Origin: Isurus oxyrinchus
Taxonomy: Eukaryota
Length of the DNA stretch: 64,000 nt
NCBI GenBank assembly: GCA_026770705.1
Contig: JANJGN010000036.1
Span: forward strand, 620,001-684,000
Direction of reading: 5' to 3'
The notes beneath the pieces were generated by a model. It saw only the letters and a program-made list of their open reading frames with translations. It was not told where the DNA came from and made no database searches. The position numbers and the translations under genes are program-made. Positions 37,005-49,081 of this stretch are shown here, in pieces; position 1 is the first letter of the stretch, and every line of letters starts with the position of its first letter.

Positions 37005-38045
37005 TCAGAATCACACGGTGCAGAAGAGGCCCTTCGGCCCATCGGGTCTGCACCAACACGTGATAAACACCTGACCTACCTACCTAATCCCATTTACCAG
37101 CACTTGGCCCATAGCCAATAATGCTATGACATGCCAATTTCTCATCTGGGTACTTTTCAAATGATGTGAGGCAACCCGCCTCCACCACCCTCCCAGGCAG
37201 CGCATTCCAGATCGTCATCACCCTCTGGGTAAAAAAGTTTCTCCTCACATCAGCTCTAAACGTTCTGTCCCTCACCTTGAACTTGTGTACCCTTGTGAAT
37301 GACCCTTCAACGAAGGGGACAGTGGCTCCCTATCTACCCTGTCCATGCCCCTCGTAATCTTGTACACCTCGATCAGATCACCACTCAGTCTTCTCTGCTC
37401 CAACGAAAACAACCCATGTCTATCCAACCTCTCTTCATAACTTCATCCCAGACAACACCCTGTTGAATCTCCTCTGCACCCCTTCCAGTGCAATCACAAC
37501 CTTCCTAGAATGTGGCGACCAGGGCTGCACACGGTACTCCTCCTGTGGCTTCACCAAGGTTCTATACAACTCCAATATGACATCCTTACTTTTGTGGTCT
37601 GTGCCTCGATTGATAAAGGCAAGTGTGACCCCCCCCCCCTCCACCTTCAGATGTCTATGGACACACACTACAAGGTCCCTTTGTTTCTCAGAACTTCCTA
37701 GTGCCATGCCGTTCATTTAATACTTCCTTGTCAAATTACTCCATCCAAAGTGCATCACCTCTCACTTTTCAGGGTTAAATTACATCTGCCACTTATGTGC
37801 TCATTTGACCATCCCGTCTATATCGTCCTGTAGCCCAGGACGCTCAGCCTCACTGTTAACCACCCAGCCAACATTTGTCTGATCTGCAAACTTACTAATC
37901 CTACCCCCCAAATAGTCACCTATGCCGTTTATATAAATGGCGAATAATAAGAGACACAACACAGATCCCTGTGGTTTGCCACTGGACACGGGCTTCCAGT
38001 TACTAAAGCATCCTTCTGTCATCACCCTCTGTCTCCTACAACCAT
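37005..38045 (-). mobile_element. CR1 LINE RT-to-3'-end fragment
   Basis: RQRVMTEGCFSNWKPVSSGKPQGSVL...YING...SKFAD; LYRTLVKPQEEY...WSP; RRNFFTQRVMTIWNALP; CR1 3' end. Confidence 0.85.
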
Positions 38046-39839
38046 CCAATCCTGAATATCTCCGGTCATCGAAGGTTTTCTGGCCTTGCTACTCCTTCCT
38101 ATCTCCCTAGATAGAACATGTTGAGCCTCTACTCTCCCTATTTCCTTTTTGAACTCCTCCAACTGCACTTCTGTAGGTTTCCTCACAAGTAGCTGTTCGA
38201 GAGGGTGCTTTGGATAATTTTTTCAAAGGGCTCAGTTTCTCAATTTCATTGTGCGATCTCTTGTCTCGTTCTTCTGAAAAGAGAATCAGTAATTGGCAAT
38301 TTAAAACTGCGAGAACGGAATCACATTGGACAACCAATTATGAAAATGTCCCTGATAAACATTGATCCTCACCTGATCTGCCGCTTTAATGTGTCCAAAT
38401 GAAAATGAGGATCAAGAGTAGAGCTGGGATCGCCGCCAACATTCTGACGTTAATGGTCAGAATGCAGTATCCTACAGAGACAAAAGAATTAGAAATGGCT
38501 GCTTGGTGAAATCATTATTTTGTGGGATTCTCTAATGGGAAATGTGACCCAGTTAAAAGTCGGTATCTCAAGCAGCCAGTGCGACAGATAGTGGGGAGTG
38601 GACACACTGAATGAAATAAGTGAAGCAATGTTTTCGAACTGAGATCAATTGATGGACAGCGCTGCCAGTATTGGTCCAAAATTATATTCAATTATTACGA
38701 AAATAATATCTACCTGCAAACTGAATCGGAGAATGATAGAATGAACCATTAGGCAAGGAGGCCCATCGTGGCTCTGACAGCTCTTTGTGTCAGATAACAC
38801 AGCCTTTGCATCCCTGCCAGTGGAAACAGTTTCTCCTCATTTACTGTATCAAAATAATTCACGATTTTGAACATCAGTGTTAAATTTCCCGGCTACCTAC
38901 TCTGCTCTAAGGAGAACAACTCCAGCTTCTTATTAATAGAAGAGCTTCATCCTGGGTCCCATTCTGGTGAGTGTTCTCTTCACCCTCTCCAAGGCCATGT
39001 CATCATTCCTTAACATGGTGTCCAGAATTGGAAACAAAACTCCAGCTGGGTTCTGACCAAGGATTTATAATGTCGAAATTTCTCTTGCATTTTGTTCCCT
39101 ATTAATGAAGCCGAGGTCTCCCTATGATTTTTACCGGCCATCTCAACTTGTCCTGCCACCTTCAGTGATTAATATACATGTGCCATCTCCCTGATGAATG
39201 TGAAACTCGATCAGTTCCTTAAAATCCAATTTCACTGACGTTTCATCACAAGGGGTTACTGTTAAATCCGAACACTGATATCACCAACTGATATTAAAAT
39301 TGAGCTGGGTTTTACCAGGAAAATGGAGATTGATAAGGGAGATTCCGGGAATTGAAGAATGAGATGGGGTGGGTGGTCTGCGGGGGATATGGTGGGGTGG
39401 CGTGAGGACAAAACGGAAGGAATTAGGGGGAGTCACTTCCCTGCAGAGACATCGCTTTTCCCAACAATCTCGTCTCTTGACTGCTTTCTGCCACTAAACT
39501 CACTCAATGGGCAGCTAATCTCAAACCTGTTCCTCAACCACTGCCTGAAAGGACGGGGGAAGCAGATTATGTAATATCTTCCCTGAGGGAAAACGGATTA
39601 TTAAATGGATTATGATGAACAGAAATGTGTTACAGGATTATTGGGAAAAGGTGGGATTAATTGAGTTCCCTTTTTCTGTGATGCATCACTACAGTTCTAG
39701 ATATCACGCAGGAATTTAGGGCGAGCCAAGAAGGTGTTTACAAGACAAAGTACAAAGTCTCCAATTTATTTCACATGATTTAATGCGCTTTTTACTTAAA
39801 TGGTAGACACACAGAAAGGCATAAAACATGAGTATATTT

Positions 39840-41500
39840 AAGATTAAGAGATGATCTAAGCGAGAGGTTTAAAATGATAAAAGGATACGATCGTGTCTAT
39901 AGAGAGAAACTATTTGCTCTGGTTTTGCGGAGGAAAGGTGGATAGGGTTTGTGGGGGCAGGGGTGGTCAGGAGTCCAGAACAAGGGGGCAGGACATCAAA
40001 GTTAGAGCCAGGGCATTCAGGGATGATGTCAGGAAACACTTAGCTACAACACGGCGAGTGGAAATCTGGAACTCTCTCCCCCACAAGCTCTTGAGGCTGC
40101 AGGTTGAATTGGAAATGTCAAAAGTGGGATTGATTGATTGTTGTTGAGTAAGGGGAAGAAGGATTCTGGAAAACCAAGGTGGGTAGAGGGAAGTTATGAT
40201 ACAGAACGGTCATGATCTAACTGAATAGACGGGAAGGACTGAATGGCCTCCTGCTAGCCCTGGTGTTCGTTATATTAATAGATTCTGTTATAATTTTTCT
40301 CCCCAGACACTTTATTCCTGCTTGGCCTTTAAGGAGGATCCCACACTCTGATTGGAGAGGAAAGAGGGAGAGAGATCACTCTCTGCTTCCCGAAGAAGAC
40401 ATGTTGCAGAAAGTTTCCTCTGTTTGGCGGGAAAGTCTGAAAGCGCAATCGGCGCAAATTCAGCTGCATTTTTGGCGAAATTTTGTGATGTCGTCCAAAG
40501 AATGAATTGAATGATCTCTTAATGTTCGCTCTTCTAATGATGAAATATCGCCTGCAGTTCCACCCCAACCTCTCCTGGTTTCTGTTATTTGGTATCAGTT
40601 TTTATTGTTGAAATCTGCATCTTCATACATTATGTGAGCAAGACATTATTCAAATTGGCTTTAAAACCATCCGTATTCGAGTTTCCAATTTGTTAAAACA
40701 GATTTGATAACCAATGATAGCTCTGTGATTCCAGTGTTTTGGCCATTCAGACCAGCTGCTCTGCCTCTGTATCTCTGAGACCAATTTACAAAGTTGCTTA
40801 TAGAGCGAATGTGAGCTGGGTTGAAGTAGGGTTATGAACCGACAGGGGATTTAGGCTGCATTGATATGAAAGCCAAGCCAACCCGAGCCTTCATTGGTTG
40901 TGTCCTGGGTTAGAACAATGTTACATTTACTCTAGAAAGAAGATTATTGTTAATCCATCCGCCCTTTTGATAATACAGTTGAATGTATGTTACTGACCAC
41001 AATCGCTGGTTCGCAGACAGTTGAAGCAATTCGGTCCGTCACGCCTGTGCCAGATCTTGGAACGTGCACTTTAGTCCCACATCCCAGCCGTCGCCGTCTC
41101 CTTATGACTCTAAGAATTAGTCCCCTTGTAGCACACCTACTAGTAAATGTTAGTATTTACCCTGCTAACAGCACATCGCACCGGCTGTGACTGGAAGCAG
41201 CTTGTTGGCGATGTTAATGATTCATAAGCGTGAACACAATTCACTCCTCACATTAGAAGGTCAGTCCAACGCGTGAGTAAATTTAAGATAATGTTTCGCT
41301 GAGATGATGTGATATATTTCCATGACAATTTAATTTCAAAATATTAAAAACTGGTCTGGAAACCGTTGGAGTACCGATTACTGGATAGCTTTGTTGGTGA
41401 TGCAACTCTGATCTGCAGAACCGCTTCTGTATCCTGTTCCTAAGCGGTAGAAACATTCCCAAATTAACACCTGCTTATTCTGTTGTAATAATTCTTCTGT
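39840..41500 (+). pseudogene. B-type relic, cassette 2 (last intron, terminal exon, 3'UTR only)
   Basis: Homologous to about 18995-20460; orphan exon 40307-40351 reads TLYSCLAFKEDPTL*. Confidence 0.75.
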
Positions 41501-44063
41501 GTGATAGTCACATTGTCACTTATGGGCCTTGCTGTGCGTAATCACATCTGCTGCGTATACAAGACAGGCGTCACTTTAAAAAAAGTCCGCCATTGTTTGT
41601 GAAATGCCTCTTTCCCTCTTACTCCTGCTATAGTTTCAAATATACTGCTCAACGATTGACACCATGATCATTTATTAACGAGTGGATGGTCTAATGTGTA
41701 TTTTCCCCTTGCAGCCTATTCTTCATAGGAAGCATTTTCACTCTACACCTGTCATAAGTGTAGACATAGAGTGACTTTTGAATGTCTCAGTTACTGCATC
41801 TCCAGCAGTTTTGCCCCAGAATCCGGATGTTCAGAATCCGCACCTGGAAGTACCTACAAAGTGCATTGTGACTTGATATTGTGAGGGGAGGGTGGGGGGG
41901 GGGGGGGGGGGGGGGTGGGAGCGGGGAGGGGGGAGGGGGGGATGGCGGGTGGGGAGGGTGGAGCGATGGAAGGGGATGGGGTGGGGTTGCACTGGGGGTG
42001 AGGTCCGCTCTTATAAATGTTACCAGCGGACGCATCTGCAACTGGTTTACATGGTGACTGAATACAACCCTCCAAGTGCGAGATTTTTTGGGAGAAGTTA
42101 AGGACAAATCGACTCTCTATTCTCTGAACATTGCGGGTGTCCTGACCAGTGATTCGGAAATGTATTACTGTGCACCTAATGAGCTCAGTGAGGTGCCCTT
42201 TACGGTTGGAAATGATTCCAAATTGCTCATCACAGGTAAGAAGTATGATTATTTTACCCTTTGTATCATCAATAACCAGGAAGTTATGGTCAATGGTGAT
42301 CGATTCGTAACGCCAATCCCACCAGGTTCTCCAACAATCGACATTTTATCTCCGCCTCCAGCTGAAATTCTCTCGATGTTAAGTATCCCTTTGGTGCGTT
42401 TGGTGAAGACTGTGGGCCCCGAGTCCTTTGCCGTCCGATGGAATGTTTCTGGGTGGGATCCCCAGGGGCAGAGCGATGCCGGGACTATCGAGCCGGACGA
42501 GACCTACCCCATCAGGAGATACATTATTCTCTGGGGGAAACTTGAAGCTTAGACTCTCTCTGTACTTTCGCCATTCAAGTCAACTCCAGTGGAATTCTTC
42601 CAGTGAAAGTGTCTCATCTCAGAGAGGTAGGTATCAACAGTTAGCTCGTGTATTTAATGTTGGTTAGCAACATGTCTTTGTATATTTGCTCATTTAGATC
42701 GCTATTGGCCATAACCTCATGGTTATTAATGATGCAATTTGCAAAATAATCGTAATTTATACCTGTGATGAACAATTTGGAACAGCCAGAAACCATCTCT
42801 GCAATTCATCTCAACCATTCTCTGCAGGATTGAGTTCCACATCCTACACGCTCTCTGATTAACAGGGTCTCTCCTAAATTCTCACTTGCATTTTTTAATG
42901 ACTATCTGGTATTGATGGCTTCTAGTTCTGATGTCCCCCAACAATTGCTAAAACTTTCTCTACACCTGCCCAGGTATCCCTTTGATAGTCTTGAAGACCT
43001 TCATTAAGTTGCCCCACAGTCTTCCCTTTTCTCGAGAAAAGAAGGCAGCCTCTTTAAACTTTCCTGCTTCTAACAACCTCTCAGCTTTAGTATCATTGCA
43101 GTGAACCTCTTATTTTGCAACTTTCCCTGTGCCTCCATAGTCATTTTATGATATGGAGACCAAAATTATTTCCAAGACTCTAAGTGTGGCCTAGTTAAGC
43201 TTTGATTCATGTTTAATATAGCCATTCCTTGCATTTCTATTGATGTAGAAATGAGCACATCTGCTGGCCCTGTGTTTTTATGACCTTATTAATTTCTGTC
43301 ACTAGTTTCAATGTTGTTGGTGTCCTTACCTCAGAACACGCTGCCCCTCTATCCGATTTAAATACCTATTACCCAGTGAGTGTGTAGTCCTAACCCTATC
43401 CATACGCCTAACCCAAATCCCAATCCGTATCCATCCACCAAAACGTTATCCATATAATGTTACTTCCAGAAAAAATGAAGGAATCCCCTGGATAACTAGG
43501 AACTTGTTATTAATTCATGTGTGGACGAACGCTTAGCAGCAATAATTTTAAAAGAAATTGGTGAGCATTTCTGAATATTTGGGTTCGTTAAGGGTAGACA
43601 ACACTGATTTGTGAAAGTGTAGTCATGCTTAACACATTTAAAAGAGATTTAACTTTCAACACTTGTTCGAAAGGACAGTTAAATAGAATGCAACAGATAG
43701 AACGTCCATTGGCTCCCGCAACACTTCTTCTGTCTCACTCGATGGACAGTGGGAATTAATGAAACTTGCAGCGTGACGGATGTGTGGAAAGAGGGATGGA
43801 AACTTAGATAAAGACAGGAGAAAATGACTATTTCTCATGTGCAGACATTGGGATCAGTTTGGATTTGTTGTAAAAAGGTGGAGAGAGAGATGAGTAATGA
43901 GAAAAGTTTTGAGTTAATTTACCAAAGAGCCAGCAGAAACATGAAGGCCCTCACTGCCTCAGTCTGTGTCCTACACTCTGCTGGTCATTGTTGTATAGGT
44001 CGCTCATCTTCTTTTGTTTAAACAAATTTATCAATGGACCTATCACTCGCTCCATGTCTTTTT

Positions 44064-44247
44064 NNNNNNNNNNNNNNNNNNNNNNNNNNNNNNNNNNNNN
44101 NNNNNNNNNNNNNNNNNNNNNNNNNNNNNNNNNNNNNNNNNNNNNNNNNNNNNNNNNNNNNNNNNNNNNNNNNNNNNNNNNNNNNNNNNNNNNNNNNNNN
44201 NNNNNNNNNNNNNNNNNNNNNNNNNNNNNNNNNNNNNNNNNNNNNNN
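44064..44247. other. assembly gap (N run)
   Basis: Run of N followed by (TCTA)n. Confidence 1.
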
Positions 44248-44761
44248 AATCATTATATCTATCTATCCATCTCTCTATCCATCGATCGAATGATCTGTCC
44301 ATCGATCTAACTATCCAACGATTTATCTATCTACCTCTCTATCAATCAATCTATCTATCTATCTATCTATTACCTTCTATCTATCATTCCCTCTCACCCT
44401 ATGTATGTATCTGTCTCTCGCTCTATCTAGCCATCCATCTACTTTCAACTTTGGAGATCAGATTTGGCTCTCTAATCCTTTTTCAAAATCTTTTATTTGC
44501 AACATTGCTTGGTGATATTTGTAGCAGTGACAAGATTGACATTCATTGCCCATCCTGAGCTGCCCTCTGTAGGTGGTGCTGGATCTCCTTGAACTGTGTG
44601 TAAGAGTCAAAAATCTTGTGTTGCAGGATTTCTTCTCAAATACAATGATATTTTTCAATTTTGGCTCTGCAGATTCTCCGCACCTAACACCTGCAGATTC
44701 CCATTTTCCAAGAGGTTGCCCACGTTGGCGCTTCTCATTCTGGGGATGGTTCTTATGCCCG

Positions 44762-45499
44762 TGTTATGACGCAGCAGTTGGTAAAAGCTGTTACTTAAAA
44801 TCCCAGAGAGAACCTTAAACAGCTGTCATATTCGCAAGTGGTATGTTTGACATGCAGCTTTAAGTTCATGAATAAGACCAACAGTTCTCAGGAGGTTTTT
44901 ATGGAAAAATACTTGAAACATTTATTAATTTACACAGGTTGAACATATACACATGGCTACAAATTACTGCTTTCATAACTTTTTAACAAATTCCCTAACT
45001 AATCTCCACTAAGGCAACAACACCCCATCGACTTTAAGCAGGCACCAGGAGGCCATTTTCACCTTACAAATTCAAAATGAGGTTCCTTTCACTCTGGTTC
45101 CTTTACAGGCAGTTGTAGGTTTACAGAATCTTTGATGTTTTCTGCCTCTGCTTAGCACACACAGCACCCCCTTTAGGTTATACCCGGCACTTCTCTTGGC
45201 ATGTAAAATCTCATTGTATCATCAGGCCCTTGGATCTCCACCTCATCTAACAATAAACCCCCTTTCAAAGCGCCAATTGTATTCGCAATATATGCATATT
45301 GAACTAATTGAACGCTCTATTCACCAAAATGTAAGTATACTCCACTTTACTCATTAAATCTTAATAATATTATAGGTCAAAGCACGCAGATAAGCTGATT
45401 TTAATCCAATTAAAACACGCACGGTGACGCCCACATGCTGAACATCTAATTAAAAAAATAAGTTGCAATAACATTATATACTTTAATATTTTCATGACA
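44762..45499. mobile_element. solo LTR inserted in the C3 TM exon
   Basis: 738 bp with TGTTATGA...TCATGACA inverted termini and a near-TSD gcccg/ggccg; TM-exon homology resumes immediately after it. Confidence 0.7.
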
Positions 45500-48400
45500 G
45501 GCCGTGAGACGGAGCTGCAGGAAACGGCAGGCAGTTAGCGATTATAGGAAGACGCTGTAACCCCGTGACACTCTCAATGCATCCATGTATCACTGTGTTG
45601 TTGACACTTTCAAGTGTTTCAATGTGAAACGTGGCATTTCCAACTCAGCTTAAATTTCAGTTTCTAACAGGTAACATGAATAGTGATGCCGAACTGTCGG
45701 ATTCCAGAGCAGGACAGATAAAGACGGTAACTATGGATAGAATTATTTCCTAACGTGGCGATACATTTCACGGAATTTTAATCCAAGGTTTAACATTCAT
45801 AGTTGCTGCCATAGATGCCTAGGATATTTCAAAATGCATACTGCAAGATAACAATGTTTATGTGTCCTATACCTGTGCAGCAATAGTTGAAAATATAGTT
45901 AGGGGTTCAATTGATTATGTCAAAATTGGGATTGGTAGATTTTGCTTGGGTAAAGGGGATTAAGTGTTAGGGAACGAAGGCTAGAAAATGGGGTTAAGTT
46001 ACAGATCAGAAAGGACCTAATTGAAAGGCGGAACATACTCGGAGGTCTGAATGGCCTCCTGATGATCTTCTGGCTCACGATAACTGTGTTTTCTGTTACA
46101 GTCTGTTTTTGCTCTATCGGCATTTAATGCGGGCCCCACAGTCTGATTGCAACGATATTAAGAGCTCATATCCTACTTCCGGGCTATGACGTGTAATGAG
46201 GAGTTTCCTCCACTGCGTTCCCATTGGAGGAGAGCCTGGAGGCGTGACCCTTTCCAAGGGACAGCCATGTCAAATTCTGTTCTCAGCTGAATGCATACTT
46301 AATAATAATAATGAACAACTCATGTTGCCCATTCGTCAGCTACTGGAGAGTTATCAATTCTGAAAAGCAGGCTCCATTTCAAGGCTCCATTGCATGTTGA
46401 CGCACGGAAACTTAAGCTTTCTGTTCAATCTCGCTATGTTTCTATTTTCTTGTGGCATTCATTGTAAGTTCATTGTGCACCTTTGTGTATGCTTGAGCAG
46501 GAAAGAGCGAATGAGTGTCCAAGGTAGCGATTCATTAAAACACGTTTTGAAAGCAAAGCATTGCATTTGGTAGCTCAGGCTTGTTTGATCCCTTAGTTCA
46601 GATGTGCACCGTGAATCTGCAATGTTAGTTTAAAGGGCATCTTTATAGAACAGATGTGTGCATCTTAAAAGTTGGAAACATTTCGGCAAGAATGATACTA
46701 GTACTGAGAGTTTATGATATCCGGGAAGGTTGAACAGGCTGGACCTCTTTTCTGCAGAAAAGGGAAGACGGAGGGGTGAACTGATGAGGATAATTCGTTA
46801 TGAAAAGATTCAGTAGATGTTGCCGTAGAGAGAATGTTTCCATTTGAAGGTAGAGCTGCAGTAAGGGCCATGAATTTAAGTTATACACTAATAATTACAA
46901 GGGAGAATCCAGGTAAAATTACTTTCCCAAGAGAAAGTGGGGAATTCAGAACCCGGAAACACAACTAAGATACATTTAGCGGGGAAGCTGGATAAACACA
47001 TCATTAATAAAAGAATAGATTGACAAGTTGACCGAATGAGCTAAAGAGGGGGCGTGAGTAGGCTCGTGTGGAACAGGAAAGTTAGCACGGAGCAGAGGGG
47101 TCGAATGGCCTGTTCCTACTCAGGAAAGCAATTTTGAATTTTGTAAAGCAGAAAACATGAGCCGTGACTGAAAGTGGTTTTCTGTGAATAGTTTGCATCA
47201 ATAGCACAATTTGTTCTTCGAAATAAAAGAAAGAGTTAAATGTGAATGTCGAATTCAAAGTATGTTTCACTGAAGTGATCTGATATCTTTCCTTTACTCC
47301 TTCAATTTTATAAACATTGGAAAGTAGGTTTTGAGGCCACTGCTTACGATGCACTGATACATGTCGTTCACTGAACAAGCAAAACCCCAGAGTGAAACTT
47401 GTCTTCCTAGTTGTATTTTTTTTGCGTTTTGATAACGAGGGGAAAATAATGATCCCAGAAGTAAAGAACCCCAGTAACACTTTTACGATTTTACAATTAA
47501 AAGATTTATGAAAAAGAAGAAAAACATAAGCACACAAGCTCAAATTTTCCTAACTGAAATATTCTTAAAAAACAGCCCTCTAAGAAAAACATCTGTGTCA
47601 GAAAACACAAGTGAGCTACTTGGCAACAGATCCCTTTTAGTTTTATAATCACGAAAATCGAGTAATAATACCCAAGGCAAACAGTGCCGCTACTTGAGGA
47701 AAGTATACCACACGGCTTCTCACTCTCTTCCGGTCTGCTGTGGAAATCCGAAGGAGGTTCAGAAACACACTCCTCCCTGAAAACAAAGACTTCTCTTTCT
47801 TCAAACTGGATGACTGCTTCAAATACATCATTTTTCTCAGCACAGAGCTGGTCTCAGGACAAATCCCCCACTCAGCCTCCTCAACTCAAACGAACATCTC
47901 CCTGACCTACCTATTTTTCCCTTTCATCCTAGGCTGTATTGTCCTGAGCACGTCATTGAAATCAACTTTTCTAAAATATATAAAATAAATAATGTCTTCC
48001 TATTGCCTCTACTTTCTGGTCAATGAAAGTATAATGAACTTGTCCTGCTTCCGAAGAATTCTTTGTAAGTTGTAACTTCACCATAGCCTCTCCTTAGAAA
48101 TGCATGCATCCAGCTATTTACCTTTTATCTCTCATTTCCCAAAGTCAAGCAGCCTTTACTAAATTTCCCCAGTTTAATTGCTAATGAACACACACGCACA
48201 CACACACACACACTTTCTTTGCAGACTACCACCAAAATAGATTAAAAAGAACAACATCCTTCTTCACGTACTGAACTCCAGTCATTCACCTTGTTTACAT
48301 ATCCCTTAATGCACTTGTTCAGCAAAATAAATTGGACACCAACTTCAACATCTTTCTGGGGGGTGGGGTGGGGGTGGGGGGAACATCCAGGTTTAGACTC

Positions 48401-49081
48401 CACCTTCCACGAAACTTCTTTCTCTAAAACACAATACACTCACAGTAAAGCTCTGGCATGTGGGTTTCAAGTTGAATATAAACCAAAAGTCAACGTGAAA
48501 AAATGATATGTAACCATCAGACGTTTCCTGCATCACTGCCCGTGTCCTAAATCTGTAAATGATAGAACACATCACATCTCAGCCAACGAAACCCAGCACC
48601 AACAGCATCCCAATCCAGGACTGATATTGTCGGCTGAAGAGAAAATGCAGTTTTATTCAGCTGACATTTAACTATCAAGTAATTAACAAACATTACAATC
48701 CTCTGGTGCATCGTTATTATCGAAGCATAATTTATTTTATTTAGATACAAACATTTGTCAAGAAATCAACATCCTGCCAGTAACCGATGTTACAGGATCA
48801 GCATAAAATTCCCATAGAAACCGGGGAATGCCCTTACTCTTTGCTCAATTATTCTTTCACACTTGAATTCAACGATAACAGTGGAATATCCTTAACAATA
48901 TTCAAAACAACTTTTACATTCAGCAAAATGAGCCAGTCTTTGTAGCTCTGTGCAGTGAACGGGAAACATTTATTTGTTTGAAAGGAGCCTCCTTTGCTCC
49001 ATGATTATTTCCACAAGGCTGTTGGTTCTTTGGCAAATCCTGTCTCCTCGATAATTCATCAGATGGAAACCGCCTTGGTTC

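Larger units (their letters stand above)
34990..39800 (-). pseudogene. A-type relic, cassette 2 (TM and cytoplasmic exons only)
   Basis: TM exon 38471-38373 reads GYCILTINVRMLAAIPALLLILIFIWTH* (in-frame TAA). Exon 38273-38243 ([10 protein letters not shown]) has lost its donor. Relics lie at about 36775-36820 and 35300. Introns are homologous to 8700-11050. No leader, V, C1 or YASL exon was found. Confidence 0.75.
41791..46146 (+). pseudogene. C-type V(J)-C1-TM receptor pseudogene, cassette 3
   Basis: V exon 41791-42235 has frameshifts, a stop and a G-rich insert, and ends DSEMYYCA...FTVGNDSKLLIT. C1 exon about 42325-42627 has B-strand Cys to Arg and a frameshift. TM exon 44673-45534 is split by a solo LTR and has lost its donor. 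Cytoplasmic exon 45671-45726; terminal exon 46102-46146 reads SVFALSAFNAGPTV*. Confidence 0.8.
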
